DNA of 64,000 nucleotides from Perkinsus olseni (taxonomy: Eukaryota), in contig JABANN010000029.1 in NCBI GenBank assembly GCA_013115125.1, positions 1-64,000 on the forward strand, given 5' to 3'. The translations under genes and the position numbers were made by a program. The notes below the pieces were generated by a model, which saw only the letters and a list, made by a program, of their open reading frames with translations, was not told where the DNA came from and searched no databases. This document shows positions 23,970 to 37,470 of this stretch, piece after piece (the first letter of the stretch is position 1; each line of letters begins with the position of its first letter).

Positions 23970-25222
23970 CTACGTATACCTCAGCTTCTTCCCTACTGTG
24001 AGCTTGCCGTGTAAGCGTCGCTTAACCACAATGTTAACCACGGCATTCATAACGGTATTACACATGACAAAGACGAAGCATCCTGCTGGGAGGTGAACCG
24101 CAAATGGCAAGAAGAGCAGTACCGCGCCTGAGCTCCATCTATGTCCCATTGACCAGTGATATTACTACTACCCTGTAGTCCGTAATTAAAATATGTTGTG
24201 TCCCACTCAGCTCTGTCTGGATCCGATACTACCGGTACCAACTTCATCTGGGCCCTAGCAGCAGCTATTGCCATGATGGAAGAGGCTAACGGCAAAATAC
24301 CGTAGGGATCTGATGTATGGGGGCTCCGGGGAGCTATGAAGTGGATAATGATCCTACCTGCCAGCATTAGACTAGGGCACCACAGGAAGGTTGAGTCAAG
24401 GCAGACTGATCTGAAAACGTCGGGATGAGTAGCCATGCCCCTTATAGCTGCAAACAACGTGAGTATCCACGGGGTTTGTATGCCAAACAAGAACCCCATG
24501 CCTTGGAAAGGGTTCCCTGATCAGATACCATGACATATGCCCCCTGCAACAACAGCCTCGTACGTCCTATCCCGTGCTTGCCGAGCTCTTGTCGATACTC
24601 CTCCACTTTACGGTCGAATCTATCGTTATCCCCGGTCTGCAAACTCCCCTACTCTCTGTGCCTAGTGGTGCATCAGTACTACATTAAGAGCTGTCCGGAC
24701 TTCCCTCGCCAATGGTAGTAGCTCCACCATGGCTGCTTGACGCCTACTTGATATCTCTATGGACCTATCACCGTCCACTGGTAACTCCAGTAGGGAGGCA
24801 AGGGTGGTTACCGGACGTTGAAGTAGAGTGTGAGAGCTCGGAAGCCAACAGCGACTAGGCAGATAGTGGAGACCCAGCTACTGCCGGATATCTCATGAAC
24901 AGTGTTAAGCATGGTCTGGACGGCATCTACGTGAGGCCTGACTTTATACCGTTTCAGGACACACTCGGCCGGTGCCATACTACCAAGGGTCATAGACAGC
25001 CGTCCAATCAACACCAAAATTATCCGCCTGATCTCTTAGTCTCTCTAACAAGCTCAGTGCTTCGGGAGAGGAGACACCCGGTGCCACTGGATGGCTCACT
25101 GGCGTTGTTGTCGTGGACAGTGACCGACTGCTATGCCGAGATATCGCTCGGGCTACTACAGCCGGCGACCCCCTCTGCCGGAGTACCAGTAGAAAGGGCT
25201 TCTTGCCGGTTGATAAAAGCAT
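23970..25222 (-). CDS. Oxa1/Cox18/YidC family mitochondrial inner-membrane insertase
   Basis: Presequence MLLSTGKKPFLLVLRQR; VQTMLNTVHEISGSSWVSTICLVAVGFRALTL; IQTPWILTLFAAIRGMA; DPYGILPL; LPAGCFVFVMCN. Confidence 0.85.
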
Positions 25223-25422
25223 ACAAGGCAACGGCTCTTGACCACCCGGGATGCTCTGACTTGGGGCGCGCGCGCTTGACCGGAAAAGTTCGTTTCGCGC
25301 AAGATGCACCAACAACGCATCCAAGATTCGTAGGCTCCGTTCGAAGTTAGTAGCTCATTCGTGTTCATTTAGGATCTTCGATCAGTCCCCCCTTCTCGCT
25401 TGTTCAGTCCGTGGGTTTGCTT

Positions 25423-27170
25423 ATGTTTAATCTCTTCTGCCGATCATATCAAGGCTTTCAACGTGGTTTACGGCAAGCTTCTCAAGAGCGCTCAGCCCCG
25501 CCCACTGAGTCCACCGAGATTAACACACCGATTGCTACCGGCTCTTCGAGACCAGTCGAGCGCTTCCTACAGCAAGGTGAACCAAGTAAGGTGGATGAGC
25601 GAAGCTGGTTTCCGCCCACCCTGATCTGTGTAGAAACATTCATTAATGAACTGTGTTTTCAGATTTTCTTCCTATTTACGACACCTCCCGTTACGCCGAG
25701 CTACTGCCTGAGTTCAATTCGTCCCTCTTCTCGGAGGCCTCAGAGCGCATGGAGCGGGCTTTCATGCTCCGGTACACTCAAAAGCTGTAGGAGAGTGGTC
25801 TCGCTGGTATCTACTGTGGTTAGCTTGATGTGCCCCTTCAGGGTATCCTTGGTGCATTCGGCCAAGACCAATGATGAAGAGTTGATGAACAACCCCTTCG
25901 AGTGCAGATTTGCCGTCACTAAGACCGACGTTGCTGGTACGTCATCATCGTTACTTCCCTCGTCTCCACTCGACGATGTCCCCAGGCAATCCGAGAGTGC
26001 CATCGTTCCACAGCGACGCGGCATTTGTTTTGAAGATGACCCAGCGGTGCTGCTTCTCTGTGGCTACCGTTTTAACTGGTTTGGACTACTTCATCCGTTT
26101 AATCGATAAGGGTTTGGTAAGACCCGTCGTGCATGACGCGTTTTCGTAAGAAATTTTCGTTCAGGTCCGCTTACACCACACTTCTTGGAGATCCCTGTGG
26201 GTTTGCTGTATGCTCTTAGCGGAGAAGATGTGGGAAGATAACTTCGTTCACCCGGTGAGACGGCTGCCTTCGCTGCTCCCGTACCTTGTGGTTCTCGTAG
26301 GTGCACATTATGGGGCAGTACAGCTCGAGTGCCCACAGTAGGAGGGAGTACCTCCAGCTGCAGATGGGCATCCTTAAAGTCCTCAACTGGGACATGAACA
26401 TAACGCTGAAGCGGTATGCTCCCCGTCTCGTATTTATCACGCAGGGCGGTCGCTGCAGATTCACGGAACTGATGGCGGACATCATGGCCCATCCGGTGTC
26501 CCCTCAAGTCATTGCTGCAGTACCTGGTCATCCTGACAAACTGTTTGTACCGAGGTTAGTATTTGCACCCTCTCCGCTGCGTTGGTGGATTTCGTGTTTT
26601 AGACCTCTTCCGAAGGTGCCTAAGATGAACTTCAATATCTCAGCGCGCCTACACAAACAGGACTCCAGCAGGCCATTGAGGTAGACTCTTAGTTGATGAT
26701 TGTTATCTGAGCCTCCTTGTCAGACATGGCGCCGGATCTGACGCTAGGGCTATGCAGACTGCGGCCTCGAGCGATTCGCCTGGTGGTGCAGCCTCGACCG
26801 TCGCTGACAGCCGGTCTGATGTCTTCAATGAGATTAAAGAAGTTGAGGTGGGGCATCTCGACGTTTGTCACAAGAGCTATGGTCTCATGTCATCAGGATG
26901 ACATGGACATATCCACCTTTAGCCAGACCCATCCGATGCCAGCTGCCGGGTAAGCCTGACATGATCGTGGTCTCGTCTTTGAGTAGTGTCCATTTCAGAG
27001 ACCCATCACTGATGCCGTCTCGACATCACCCTCCTGGCCGCGGCAATGGTCGTTTCGGTCACGGGTCGTTTTACAGGCCAGGTGTTGGCCTGCCGCCAAG
27101 GCAGCCAACTCACACTCGTCGGCCTCAGTCCAGGGAGGTGGCTGCGAGACAGCAAGCTCTTGGACGCTAG
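25423..27170 (+). CDS. Cyclin-box protein (PHO80/cyclin P- or Y-like); ends approximate
   Basis: FVLKMTQRCCFSVATVLTGLDYFIRL, AEKMWEDNF and YLQLQMGILKVLNWDMNIT match the cyclin N-terminal fold. Confidence 0.7.
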
Positions 27171-27324
27171 ACTTTTCGTACCGCTTATGGGCAGTTGAAC
27201 CCCTACGGGAACTGCTCCTACTTGCTCATCTTCGCGTAAGCGAGTTGGTGTTACACTGGTAACCCTTGATCTCGGCCAACATTCGTTTGGTCCGATATAT
27301 AATTTGCTCATTGATATTACGGAG

Positions 27325-28020
27325 ATGTGTCCGCTAGTGACCTCGTGCTACCCGACTGTGATTATGATGCAGTGGATAACCCTCGCACGGTGTGTAGGAG
27401 GCTAAGCGATTCTCTTTGGACATTAGTAGTTGTCATGCCATTACGATGTAGTGATGCTATCCGCATGGCTGGGCGATGTTGAGTTCGTTAATGATGGACA
27501 ACGGTTGCTCTCGCAGGTTTACCAATGCTGATGGTGGTACCGTGAATAATGAGTCGAAGGTCATATGTTCCCAACCTTAATGTAGATCTGAGCACTATAG
27601 CCACCAACTATGTTCAGGAGGCCGCTCTCTACAGTGAGTCCCCTGCGAGATGAGGGGATTACACCCTGCTAAGGACGATCGTGTCTCTCGCATTATCCTA
27701 CTGCTAACTCGATCTGGTGAGACTGTTTATCTCCCCAGGTGGACAAATCTATGCTCATGCAGCGAAGGAGCTACGAATGCAGTCTCCCGGCGGGGGTCGC
27801 CGGGACGATCTCAATGGGCTTGCCTATCGAGTGGAGGACTATAGGGTTGGCCTCGGCATGGCCGGAGTGACCTCAGCACCGTGTGACACACTACAGGTAA
27901 AGTACTACGGTGAACCTTGCAGTGAGGACTTCCCGTTCAGAGGCACCCTAGAGGGAAAGAGCCGGTGCCGGAGCCTGTGACCTCTGCGGCGTCCCTGGCT
28001 GCTAGAGTCAGGAATGCTGA
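27325..28020 (+). CDS. Possible small multi-exon hypothetical protein
   Basis: Regularly spaced GT..AG short introns join open segments (GQIYAHAAKELRMQ...VEDYR|VKYYGEPCSEDFPF); no recognisable domain. Confidence 0.3.
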
Positions 28021-28990
28021 TATAGAAGTGGAAGATGTCCGGCAGCGGCGATGCTGGTTGACTCCTGGGCATCTGACGGAGTTCGTGGGTAATTAAAGCC
28101 CACGACGCTAACTGATCGCCCGTCACCACCATCACCCAGCTTCACTGCTAATGCAGTCCGTTTAATTCTGAGGGGCTTCCCCCATTCTTCTCCGTTCACG
28201 ACTGTGCTATTGATCGAACTATAACATCCTATACTCAGTTTACAGTGGCCGCCTGCCTCTGGTAGGTGCCATGGGACCACATAAATTAGATTTCGTCACG
28301 GGAGAAGTGTGGGCCACTAAGGCAGCCGCGTAGGATACATAGACACCCGATGCCGCATGCATGGACACGAATGCTCAGATTCAGCAGTGGAGCTGGCGCT
28401 AGTTTCCAAAGATGCCTGTCAGTGCCTCGAACGCCTCAGGCTCCTTCAGCCTCGCAAACGTAAGGCTGGCGTGTATGAGGTGCTCTTGACGGTAATGCTA
28501 TCGTAGCTACGAGAGTAGAGGAGCTGTCACATACGGCGATGGATTGCGGCAGTCCGAGGTTGGCCTGGTTGAGGGCGTACGGTACGTCCTCCGGCCAGCG
28601 TCCTATGATCCACCGGTTATCCCCGAGGCTATGCGGCATTATTCAGAACGTGAATGGTAGGCTGGTTAGTTACGCTCTTATCCCATTCTCTTTAACGTGT
28701 AGGGATTCGTCCACGACCAATGGCCAGGAAGAAGAGGGTTTACAGACAGTGCTAGGAGTGCTTAGTAGTCCACGAGGAGGGAGGAAAAAGCAGGACGGGA
28801 GAACAGCAAGTCAGTACCCATTGATTGGCCTACGTGTAACCGAACGCTGGATGGCACAGAGTGCTGGGACCGTAACGGAAGCAAAATTCGAATAGACGAA
28901 TGTGGCGGTGAGCGGACGAGGATTACGACGATTCCAAGCGCTCGAAAAACAGCTTGGGTCGCTCGCCTCGGGAATCGATTTCTCTCGAGC
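28008..28990 (-). CDS. Possible multi-exon hypothetical protein; ends uncertain
   Basis: Phase-consistent splice LGLPQSIA|HYRQEHLIHASLTFARLKEPEAF; pyrimidine-rich intron near 28760-28818. Confidence 0.35.
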
Positions 28991-29026
28991 AGCAGCATAA
29001 TACCTGGGGGTTCTGTGGCCAGATGC

Positions 29027-31680
29027 ATGTCTTTAGATGGCATGTCGGCAGCGGGGCTGGGTTTCCACCGTCTATTAGAAGCACTGTCGCTGGAGGACCA
29101 CGAGGAGGAGTCGCTTCATAGTATCCGAGGTGATGGGCATCATCCCGCAGAGTCCGAGGTATCTTCCCTTATCAGGAGTTGGGCCGCCTACTCTAGACGA
29201 GCAACCTGCCGTAGCGAACGCCAGGGAGGAACATCAGCCAGATGAGAGCACGAAACCCGGGGTACGATGGTATTCCTGAGCTTGTCGGCAGCGGCACCCA
29301 ACCTAGCAGGTGCCTCCCCGGTTGAGCTTTTGGCTATGCGATTTTCTTGCTGATAACCCTAACCTGGCCCAGCTGCTGGGATGCAGGGACAATTTGCTAC
29401 TGCCATCGAAAGCTCAAACACGGCATTCCCGTCAGCTCAGCCGATCGCTTCTCTACCAAAAAGTAGGAACTACTGGATTCGGCTCCTGGCCGCTATGTGA
29501 ACTCAGGCTTGTGATGATCTGGGAATCTCCTCGCGCTTCGGTGATGATCATGACTCCAGGGGGCATCGAATGCAGCTGCATGCTATCGACATAGCCTCTA
29601 CGAGGTTCGTAGATCTCTCGACATGAACATTTACACGTTGTTTTGCGTTCCTTCGCCGTCACGGCCTATTGTGTCCTTGTGTTCTACCATACTGGGAGGC
29701 CACGGTAGCTTAGAAGGTTTGTGCTTCATGACGGTATCCTATGAGCAAGTCGACAACACTCCTGACGATAATCGAAAGGAAGGGGATGTTGCGTCAACCA
29801 CTGAGCGACATATCTTTGAATCCGTACTCTACCTGCAGATGGGCCCTGGCTGTGATGACAGTGATGGCCATAGGTCCTCGACTGCATCCTGACGGAGTTC
29901 CCTTCTTCTGCACAGGAGGAGCTCCTGACGGTAGTAGCTGCATGATAGCATCGGGTGGTCTGTAGAGTCACAGCGGGCAGATACGCAGCAATCTTGACAG
30001 GCTCTTCACGGAGCTGCCCAATCGATCAGTGATGATGGACCTGTTGGAGGCAGAGGACACTCGCGAGCTGAGGAGGGTGATGCTGCTAGTTGAACTCCTC
30101 AGACCACCCCACTCTGTTCTGAGATACTGTTCTACCCTGTGGTGGAGGAAGATATTCCACGTTACATGAAGGCCATCCACAAAGTCACTAGACAGGAATT
30201 GGGTGGTCATGGGACCAAGGCGACGAAGAAGCTTCAACATCATCTCATCTGTCTTCTTTATCTGTGGCACAGTCGCTCACCTAGGGTCTGCAGAGCTGCC
30301 GCGGAATCTGAGGAGGGCATGCTGGCTTTGGTACGCGCAGGTATCCTCATCCGTAATACACCGCCCTTCCTCGAGGTGGAGCTTTTCGGCGATGCCAATG
30401 TCTTCTTGGCTGGGCAAGCGATTGATACATTCCGTCGAATAGTGACGGCTCCCATGGTCGAGTCCCCTACGACAAGTATTTGGGATCGTGATGCATGCCC
30501 CGGAGTGCACCACTTGGTGTTGAAACGTGTCTGCCTGAGTCCAGTGCTTTGGGCCAGCTTTCATAAACTTACAAAAGGAGAGGACGCGTGAGGCTGCCAA
30601 CATCTCGCTGTTCCTGCTGCAGTACGAGATAGGCTCTCAGATATCCCAACGAGCGAGCTGGATATGCCCAGCTGCTCGCCTTCTGTCTAGAATACCTGTC
30701 CAAATGCTGGGTCAATGGCAGTACTATTAGTGTACCACCGCGTCTTGCTATTGGAAAGAGGCTAGACAGGATCCTCTCTGAGCTTGAGGGTGAGGAGTAC
30801 CGTCCACAATGTCGCTTATGTTCCCGCATCGTAGCGTCCGATCGTGCCTTCGAGGAGAGCATTACCGAGGCCTATCCTGTGGGACCTGACAATCGTTCCT
30901 CGCCTGAGGTGCTGAAGGACCAGCTGTTGGACGAGGAGCAGGTGCAGTGGTGTAAGAATTCGATATTGAGGGATACAACAGAGGCAGAGAGGAACGCGGG
31001 AAGGGCGGCTGAGTTGCGGGATCTAGGAAACTGTACGACTAGAGCTAAAAAGTAACAACCTGTGCATTGCTGCGATCGGCTAGCTTCACTTGGATTACCC
31101 AAGGTGGATAGGTATGAGCACGCGTTATCGTGCTACGAGTATTCTCTCCAGTGGAACAACAGCGAACCACTCACGTACTCTAATATGGCCCTCTGCAACC
31201 TGAAGCTGTGCAGATGGGCAGATGCAGTATCGGCTGCAGATTCGGCTATCGTGGGATGCTCAGCTGCCTCGCACAAGGGTAACGCTGGAATCGCTTCTTA
31301 GGCGAGAGATGATACCATCGTGAAGGCCTGGTATCGGAAGAGCGTAGCGTTGTTCAAGATGCTGTCATCACTCGATGAAGGCGGAGAGAGGGAGAGCCTT
31401 CAGTACGAACGTGTAGTCAACGACACACCATCATCCCTGTCTTATCTCAGGTCTTCCCTTCGTCTTGCTGTGAGCAAAGCTCGCGACTTGGGCTGCGAGG
31501 AATCCTTGCTCGCAGACCTCCGCACTTAGAGATTGTCATGACAATGGTGGCTCATCTGTCGTTTCGCGAGGCTCTTGGGCGCTTTTGCTGTCAATGAAGG
31601 TCGCGCCTGGAGTCCTCTCTCTCAGCGCTTACGCTAGTTGTCCGATCCTTTGCTGTGTCATCCACCTACGCTGACTATCT
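29027..31680 (+). CDS. TPR-containing protein; ends approximate
   Basis: AELRDLGN..RYEHALSCYEYSLQWNNSEPLTYSNMALCNLKLCRWADAVSAADSAI..VKAWYRKSVAL form a TPR triplet; N-terminal region unassigned. Confidence 0.7.
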
Positions 31681-31782
31681 GATGACCGAGTTCCCAAGAT
31701 CGGGACCTAATCACGAGACCAATGGAGTTCGCCAACGTGAGCTAACCCGGACTCTCCTCACCAACCAAAACCTATTCCTGCG

Positions 31783-33759
31783 ATGGCAGGTTTGAGTGGG
31801 GAAGATACTGAACAAATGTTGTTGAGTAAACAAGTCACCCTATCTAGGAAAGGTCATAATAATGCATTCCCCTGGCTGAGTGCGAGGCCATGGAGGAGTC
31901 GTGAAGACTTTGAGGCATTCGTTAGTAATGACACCACTGTACTAGCGCTCCGTAGGCTCTCTGTTCTCGCAGGCTCAAGCGTTGACGTGTTCAAAGGCTG
32001 GTTTATCATTTTCATGCTCGTGGAGCACACAAGATCATCCTTTCACGTTGGTATGGATATGACTCACTGGCCCATCATGCACGTCTTTTCTAAGGTTATA
32101 GCGGCCTGCAGCGTGTCCTGTTCGAGTATGGTGCTCCCGTGTGTTGTCAGGCCGCCTGCGCCCTCGACATGACATGCTTCTCGACAGCTTATGGCTTCAT
32201 GTGTTACAGGAGCTACTTCGTGAACACCAAGAACCGACCGCTCTCCACTACCCTCACCAGGGTTTTCCGGTGATTCCGCTCCTGCACTCCCCTCTTCCAG
32301 GAGTTGGCATTGTGTCTGCTGCAGATCGGTCAGCCTCGTCCTCTTGGCGTTGATATTCATGAACATCACATTCAGCCTTTCGGTGGTTGATCACATGCCG
32401 GCTATGAGGGAGATTCTGGAGTTGATAACGGTACTGAATCAGACTGCATAGGGGAACGGCCCAGAAGCGTCCTCGGTTCAGCTCTCTACTGTCTACTGGG
32501 ATTTCCTGGCTGCCTTCCCGCTGGAGCTCCTCATGGGTTTTCTGTCTACCAAGCCCATTATCGAGTTCTCTATGTAAGGCGTCTACGCATGGCTCTCGTG
32601 ATTTCCAAGGACTGACTCGCTCACTTTCAGGCGTTACCGTCACAAGAGGCCTATAGCAAGGTTGGTGCTTTTCGCATTCCTCCTGGGCTGGCCATTGGTA
32701 TTAAGCACTTACAACTTGACACAATGCCAGACTCTTGGAGAACGGTAGCATTAACAGCCGAATACCCTTTCCAGCTCTCTCCGCCATAAACAGGTATCTG
32801 AGCCTGTTCGTTGGTTGCCGTCCTTTGGTATTCCGAGCAACAAGATTCCCAGCTGTACCGTATATGTTCTTCTTCAATTTCGGCTGCATTGTTAGCCAGT
32901 TGCTCTTGGAGTGCTCAGAAGGCTTCCCTCGAGGTGAGGAAAGTGATCCATTAATGTGGTGTCATTCATCCTGTTTGCAGCCTCGGACACACTTCGCCGT
33001 TCTCACCTCCCAAGCTCCCAGGCCCTGAACGATCTGAGCGAGGCCTCAACCCCATCTCAGTTGGATGGCGAAAGCGGTCTTCCGGAACCCGCCACTTCTG
33101 GCACTTACCGACAAGACAACTTCCTCCCACATTTGGCCGCTTTTGTGCTCCTGTTACTGGTAAAACCACGTCCATTGCTGCTAGACTCACCGACTACTCC
33201 TAGGTGGAGCTGGTCTACTTAACCCCCCTAGCCAAGAATCCTCAAGTTACTTGGGAGTATCTCGACTGGAACGGTTACGTGAGGTTCCCAATGTGAGTAG
33301 TTCAACTACGAGCCCCGCCTACGGACGTTTTGTGGGCAACTTCTTTCAGGAACTACAAGGTCATTCTGGCATGGGGTGTCCTCTCCCACTCAGTTCTCAT
33401 ATTCTCCATGATTGTCGTTGCCTTCATGAAGGACGTTCCAGCTGTAATAAGATGCGCCCTAGGATTCGCTAACCCCGTCTTGTAGGCCTCCCACGTTATC
33501 GACTTCCTTGAGCATTGCGGCGCCAATGTTCTCCTATACCTGGTCATCAATTCCTTCATCATACACGTAGTAGAGTATGTATTCAAGAGGCAGGAGAAGG
33601 ATCCTCATCATTTTCAGGGTATCTTCCACAATCACTGGGTCGCAAGCGGCAGAGCAGAAGATGAAGGTAGTAATCATCATTCGATATATTTTGATGACGT
33701 TGATGGCACCTCAGAAGCACCGGACAGCTCAGTTTACTCCAATTTCACCTGGGAGATGA
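31783..33759 (+). CDS. Multi-pass membrane acyltransferase-like protein (OpgC / acyltransferase-3 / DUF1624 clan)
   Basis: SVDVFKGWFIIFMLVEH resembles the clan motif D..RG..I..M...H; FSTAYGF; many hydrophobic segments; EHCGANVLLYLVI resembles the C-terminal G..SL..Y motif. Confidence 0.6.
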
Positions 33760-34240
33760 TCGTGCTGGCCTTTGCAGCTGGTAGGCGAGTTAACAGCTGT
33801 CTTATGCTGTCTCCGGCATTCGCATACAGGTACGATCGGCGCTACGAAGTTCATTCACTACCTCGCGAGGAGTGGCAGGAAGTAGAGTGTACGTGACACG
33901 CAGAAAGGGGCTTCTACCCCCAATCGCCATCTTGTTAAACCGCTGTTTTCATGATCACCCTTTACGGATAAGTTGTTACATGAAAGAGCGACCGGTTGTG
34001 TCCTAAGTTACCATAATTACATTACTGAACAAAAGTAGTCGAACTCATTTCCGAAACAATGTTTCGTAACAGGCACGAGTGAATACACCATCACGAAAAT
34101 AAGTAATGCTTTTATGTACTACGCTACTAAGTGTGGGAATGTCGCGAAGCGAGGAAATCCTGCGACGTCATCGCTGTTCAAAAAGCCTAGAAACAGTGTA
34201 AATATCATAAACGGCTAGAAACGGTATCGCCGTTAGACGT

Positions 34241-35330
34241 CTAGTTGCGGTGCTCCATCATAGCGTTCTTTCCGATCTGGACAGCAGCCTGGTTTAGCTT
34301 AGTAAGCTGACGGCAAGGATGCATGAACTGGCTGATAGCGAAGGCGATGAGGAGATCCTGAGAGGGTAACGATAAGAGGAGAGCCACGCGCTATTGGATT
34401 GCAAACTTACGTGTCCGGGGTTGCCTTCAAGATCCGTCGTGTTAACAATGACCTCATCGGCACCATCATTCTCCTTGTACTCGACATCGAACATACCCTC
34501 AACCTTCCATTTGCGGTCCCAATGCTCCCAGTTGCCTTTCTCGACACTGACGTCGTAGTCTTTACCGTCGATCGACTAAAGGAAAGCAATAAAAGCTTGA
34601 CATTGTGATGCCGCATAAATGGACTTACCAGTGTATAATTGACGTCCTTAACCTTAGCGGTAGCATCCCAGTCCTCATCGTTGTCCTTGTTCTTCTCCTC
34701 GTCAACCTCGACCTCACACTTAGAGATACCCTTCATTTGCAAGCCGATGGTGGCGAACTCTCGGCCATCCTCGTCCGAGAACTTAGCAGAGCGCTTGATC
34801 TTCCAACGCAGCTTCACCTTTAGCTCACTCTCATCGAAGTCGAACATGGAGTCCTTCGACTCATCGCTGAAAGACACACCGAAGTGCTACGCAAGACGCT
34901 GGTCGATCCAGACAACCGAATTACCTCTTCGAGTCATCAGAGCCATCCCAGTCGACGTCCTTAGCACAAACGACGTTTTCTACACCAATTTCGCACTTAC
35001 CGAGCACCTGAAGGAGCTCGATATTGAACGACAGTAGTCCTGATAAATTACATGTTCACGCTCCTTGTTAACAAGGGAGAAATTGGGGGTAGGATCACTG
35101 AAGTCGCTGTCCGACTTTATCAAAAGCCAGTGTTCGCCGTCTGTGTTGAAAACTTCAAAGTTTCGGGAATCAGGGCTAGCCTGAGACTTCTTGATCTGAC
35201 AGGATAGGCAGATAATGATGATGATACCAATGGTGGGAGATTCTGGTAACAATATTATTACCTTGAAAGTGTGAGGCTTTCCGACCTCAGGATCATCAAG
35301 ACCGGGAAGAGAGGAGAAACATCCACCCAT
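34241..35330 (-). CDS. Hypothetical acidic protein with an N-terminal dual acylation motif (MGGCFS)
   Basis: Spliced ORF MGGCFSSLPGLDDPEVGKPHTFK|IKKSQ...LLIAFAISQFMHP...MMEHRN*; beta-rich core then a hydrophobic helix, loosely tubby/LURP-like. Confidence 0.75.
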
Positions 35331-36122
35331 GATGAATAAATGATAGAATGTAAAATAGAACTGACTTCCGATAAACCATTTGCATCAGCATATCTGCGTT
35401 GACCGCTAATAACTCCCTCTCATATGCTGCGCACACTCGTCCACTTCTCGCATAAGACAGCCACGGTGAGCCCCTTGCCGGCATCCTTCCAGCGGGGAGG
35501 ACCCCCTGAACAACATAAAAGGACCCTAAAGCTAAACGAATAGACTGCTAGGGGCCGACCTCTTACACAATGCCTGTCCCACTCCAATTCTCAGGCGACT
35601 TTGTTAGACAATGACTGTGAGCTTCACTGATGACATCACTAACGAATATCTAAGCTCTCCGACCAGTGTACGAATCATGAAACTTACTCCTCGAGGCCGA
35701 TGAGCGCCAGTAGGAGAGAGCTCGGCAGCTCGGAAGGAGGACGCACGCTTTAGCGAGGGATTTCGTGGCGCAGTGACAAGTGCTGACAAGTGTTTAGTCA
35801 CATCGAGCGCGAAATACTTGATGGTCCGCCTGCGATACGGGTGCGCGGCCTCGGATGGGAAGTGGTCTGCAGGCAGTAGCCTGCTTTCGACAGCAATGCA
35901 GCATCTTGCCCCTCACCCCCCCCCCCCGAGGTCGGGCCAAGCAGCTGTCACATAGCCCGTAGACGACCACCCCCTTTTTATGGAGTAACGTCGGTTTTCT
36001 GAGGAAAAAAGTAGAATCGTGAGCAAAGGCATCCTCAGGAAACCAGAAAACTCCTCAGAAAAATGGATTCACTCCTTTTTATGCTTCTCAGGGCGCTCCT
36101 GTTGTGTGCATTGTGTCATCTA

Positions 36123-36963
36123 ATGTCGTCGTCTCCTCCCCTTGGCCAACTCAATGCGGCCATTAAGGATAGATTGCCTCCTTCCCTATTACGAGGGTAT
36201 AGTCTATGCCGGTAGTAGTAGCACAGGGAGAATTACACGGATCGTAGTACCATGCTTGTCCTCGGTATGCTCTCAGGAATAATCTATTGAAGAACCTTCG
36301 CTCAGTAGAGTTGGAGATCGCCGAGAAGGAGTACCGGTATCTGGAGGAGTCTGCTGACTACGGCAACTATGTCAAGGTGATGGCGGCGGCCCTCCTTAGT
36401 TACAAGGAAGGCAAAGCGGCTGGCGATACGCTACGTTGGTTTCAGGGCTTCGAGAACCTTTTATCGTATCGTCTACCCTCCCAGGGTGGGGGCCATAGTA
36501 GTCGGAAACATCGGGGAGTTAAGAGTGCTGATCGTCTACTCTCCCTAAGGTGGTCCTAATACAAGGATTACTCGGCTCTGCTACTGCCTTTGTCAGCTCT
36601 ACCAGCGCTCCGGTCACGTCTGACCAAACATCAGCGGCTATATCTGCAACACCATCAACCCCTGGCACCCTTGAGGGTAGCGTTGCCTTCCTTGCACTTT
36701 GCGAATTAGATGCTATCAGATGAAACCACTACGTCTGAATCGACCCATGTTACTAAGAAGTCACGAACGCAAAAAGGAGCTAATACTAAGCATTCCATCG
36801 CTAGCGAAGTAGTAGGCTTCTGCGAGTCCCCTGCAGGTATGGAGCGCGGTTTGTGCAGGAATCTGGGGTGTCGAGTGAAGCACAGACGACAACAGGGGGC
36901 ACCCCTCCCGTCACTTCCACCAAGAAAAATGGGAAATCCTCATCGAAGAAGAGAAAGCGCTAG
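36123..36963 (+). CDS. EAF6: NuA4 histone acetyltransferase subunit EAF6
   Basis: LRSVELEIAEKEYRYLEESADYGNYVK|GFE and ADRLLSLSS; basic C-terminus SSKKRKR*. Confidence 0.8.
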
Positions 36964-37470
36964 GGAGCATCATCCCTGTAGCCCTTCTTGCATTGCGCAT
37001 CATGTCATTTGTTACCACCTGTTCTCTTTTGAAGGCATCATCATAATAATCATTTACCTCCTGTCAGACCCTGTCTTGTTCTAGCTTATTCTCAAATGGG
37101 AATGATGTAGAAAAAATCTCGTATTATCATAGTCGATCATTATCAGGCTGATACCGTGAATTGTTAGACCTTCATTTTCACAAATCTGCAACGTTATCGG
37201 CGAATCCTTATTGTACTAAGAACAGCAAGTCTGGGGTTCCACGTTAGTAGATAGCAGAGTTGTGAAGTTGCGGTCCATCATTGAGGCCCAAATCTCGATC
37301 AGTTGTCTGCGGCCTGCCGCTCTTTGTTACTAGCTGCGGCCACTTCGCTCATCCTTTGTGGGTCTCCAGTGAGGTATTGATGTTACTCTTTCTAGTAGTA
37401 CTTTACATATTCTATTCCTTCTCCCGCACCCCCCTATACTTCGGGAGTAGTAGCGTCTGATCATCGTCAC

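Noticed and set aside
23447-24499. Oxa1-EF-hand fusion gene
   Set aside because: The Oxa1 frame stops at 23970-23972, and the EF-hand gene has its own ATG at 23867
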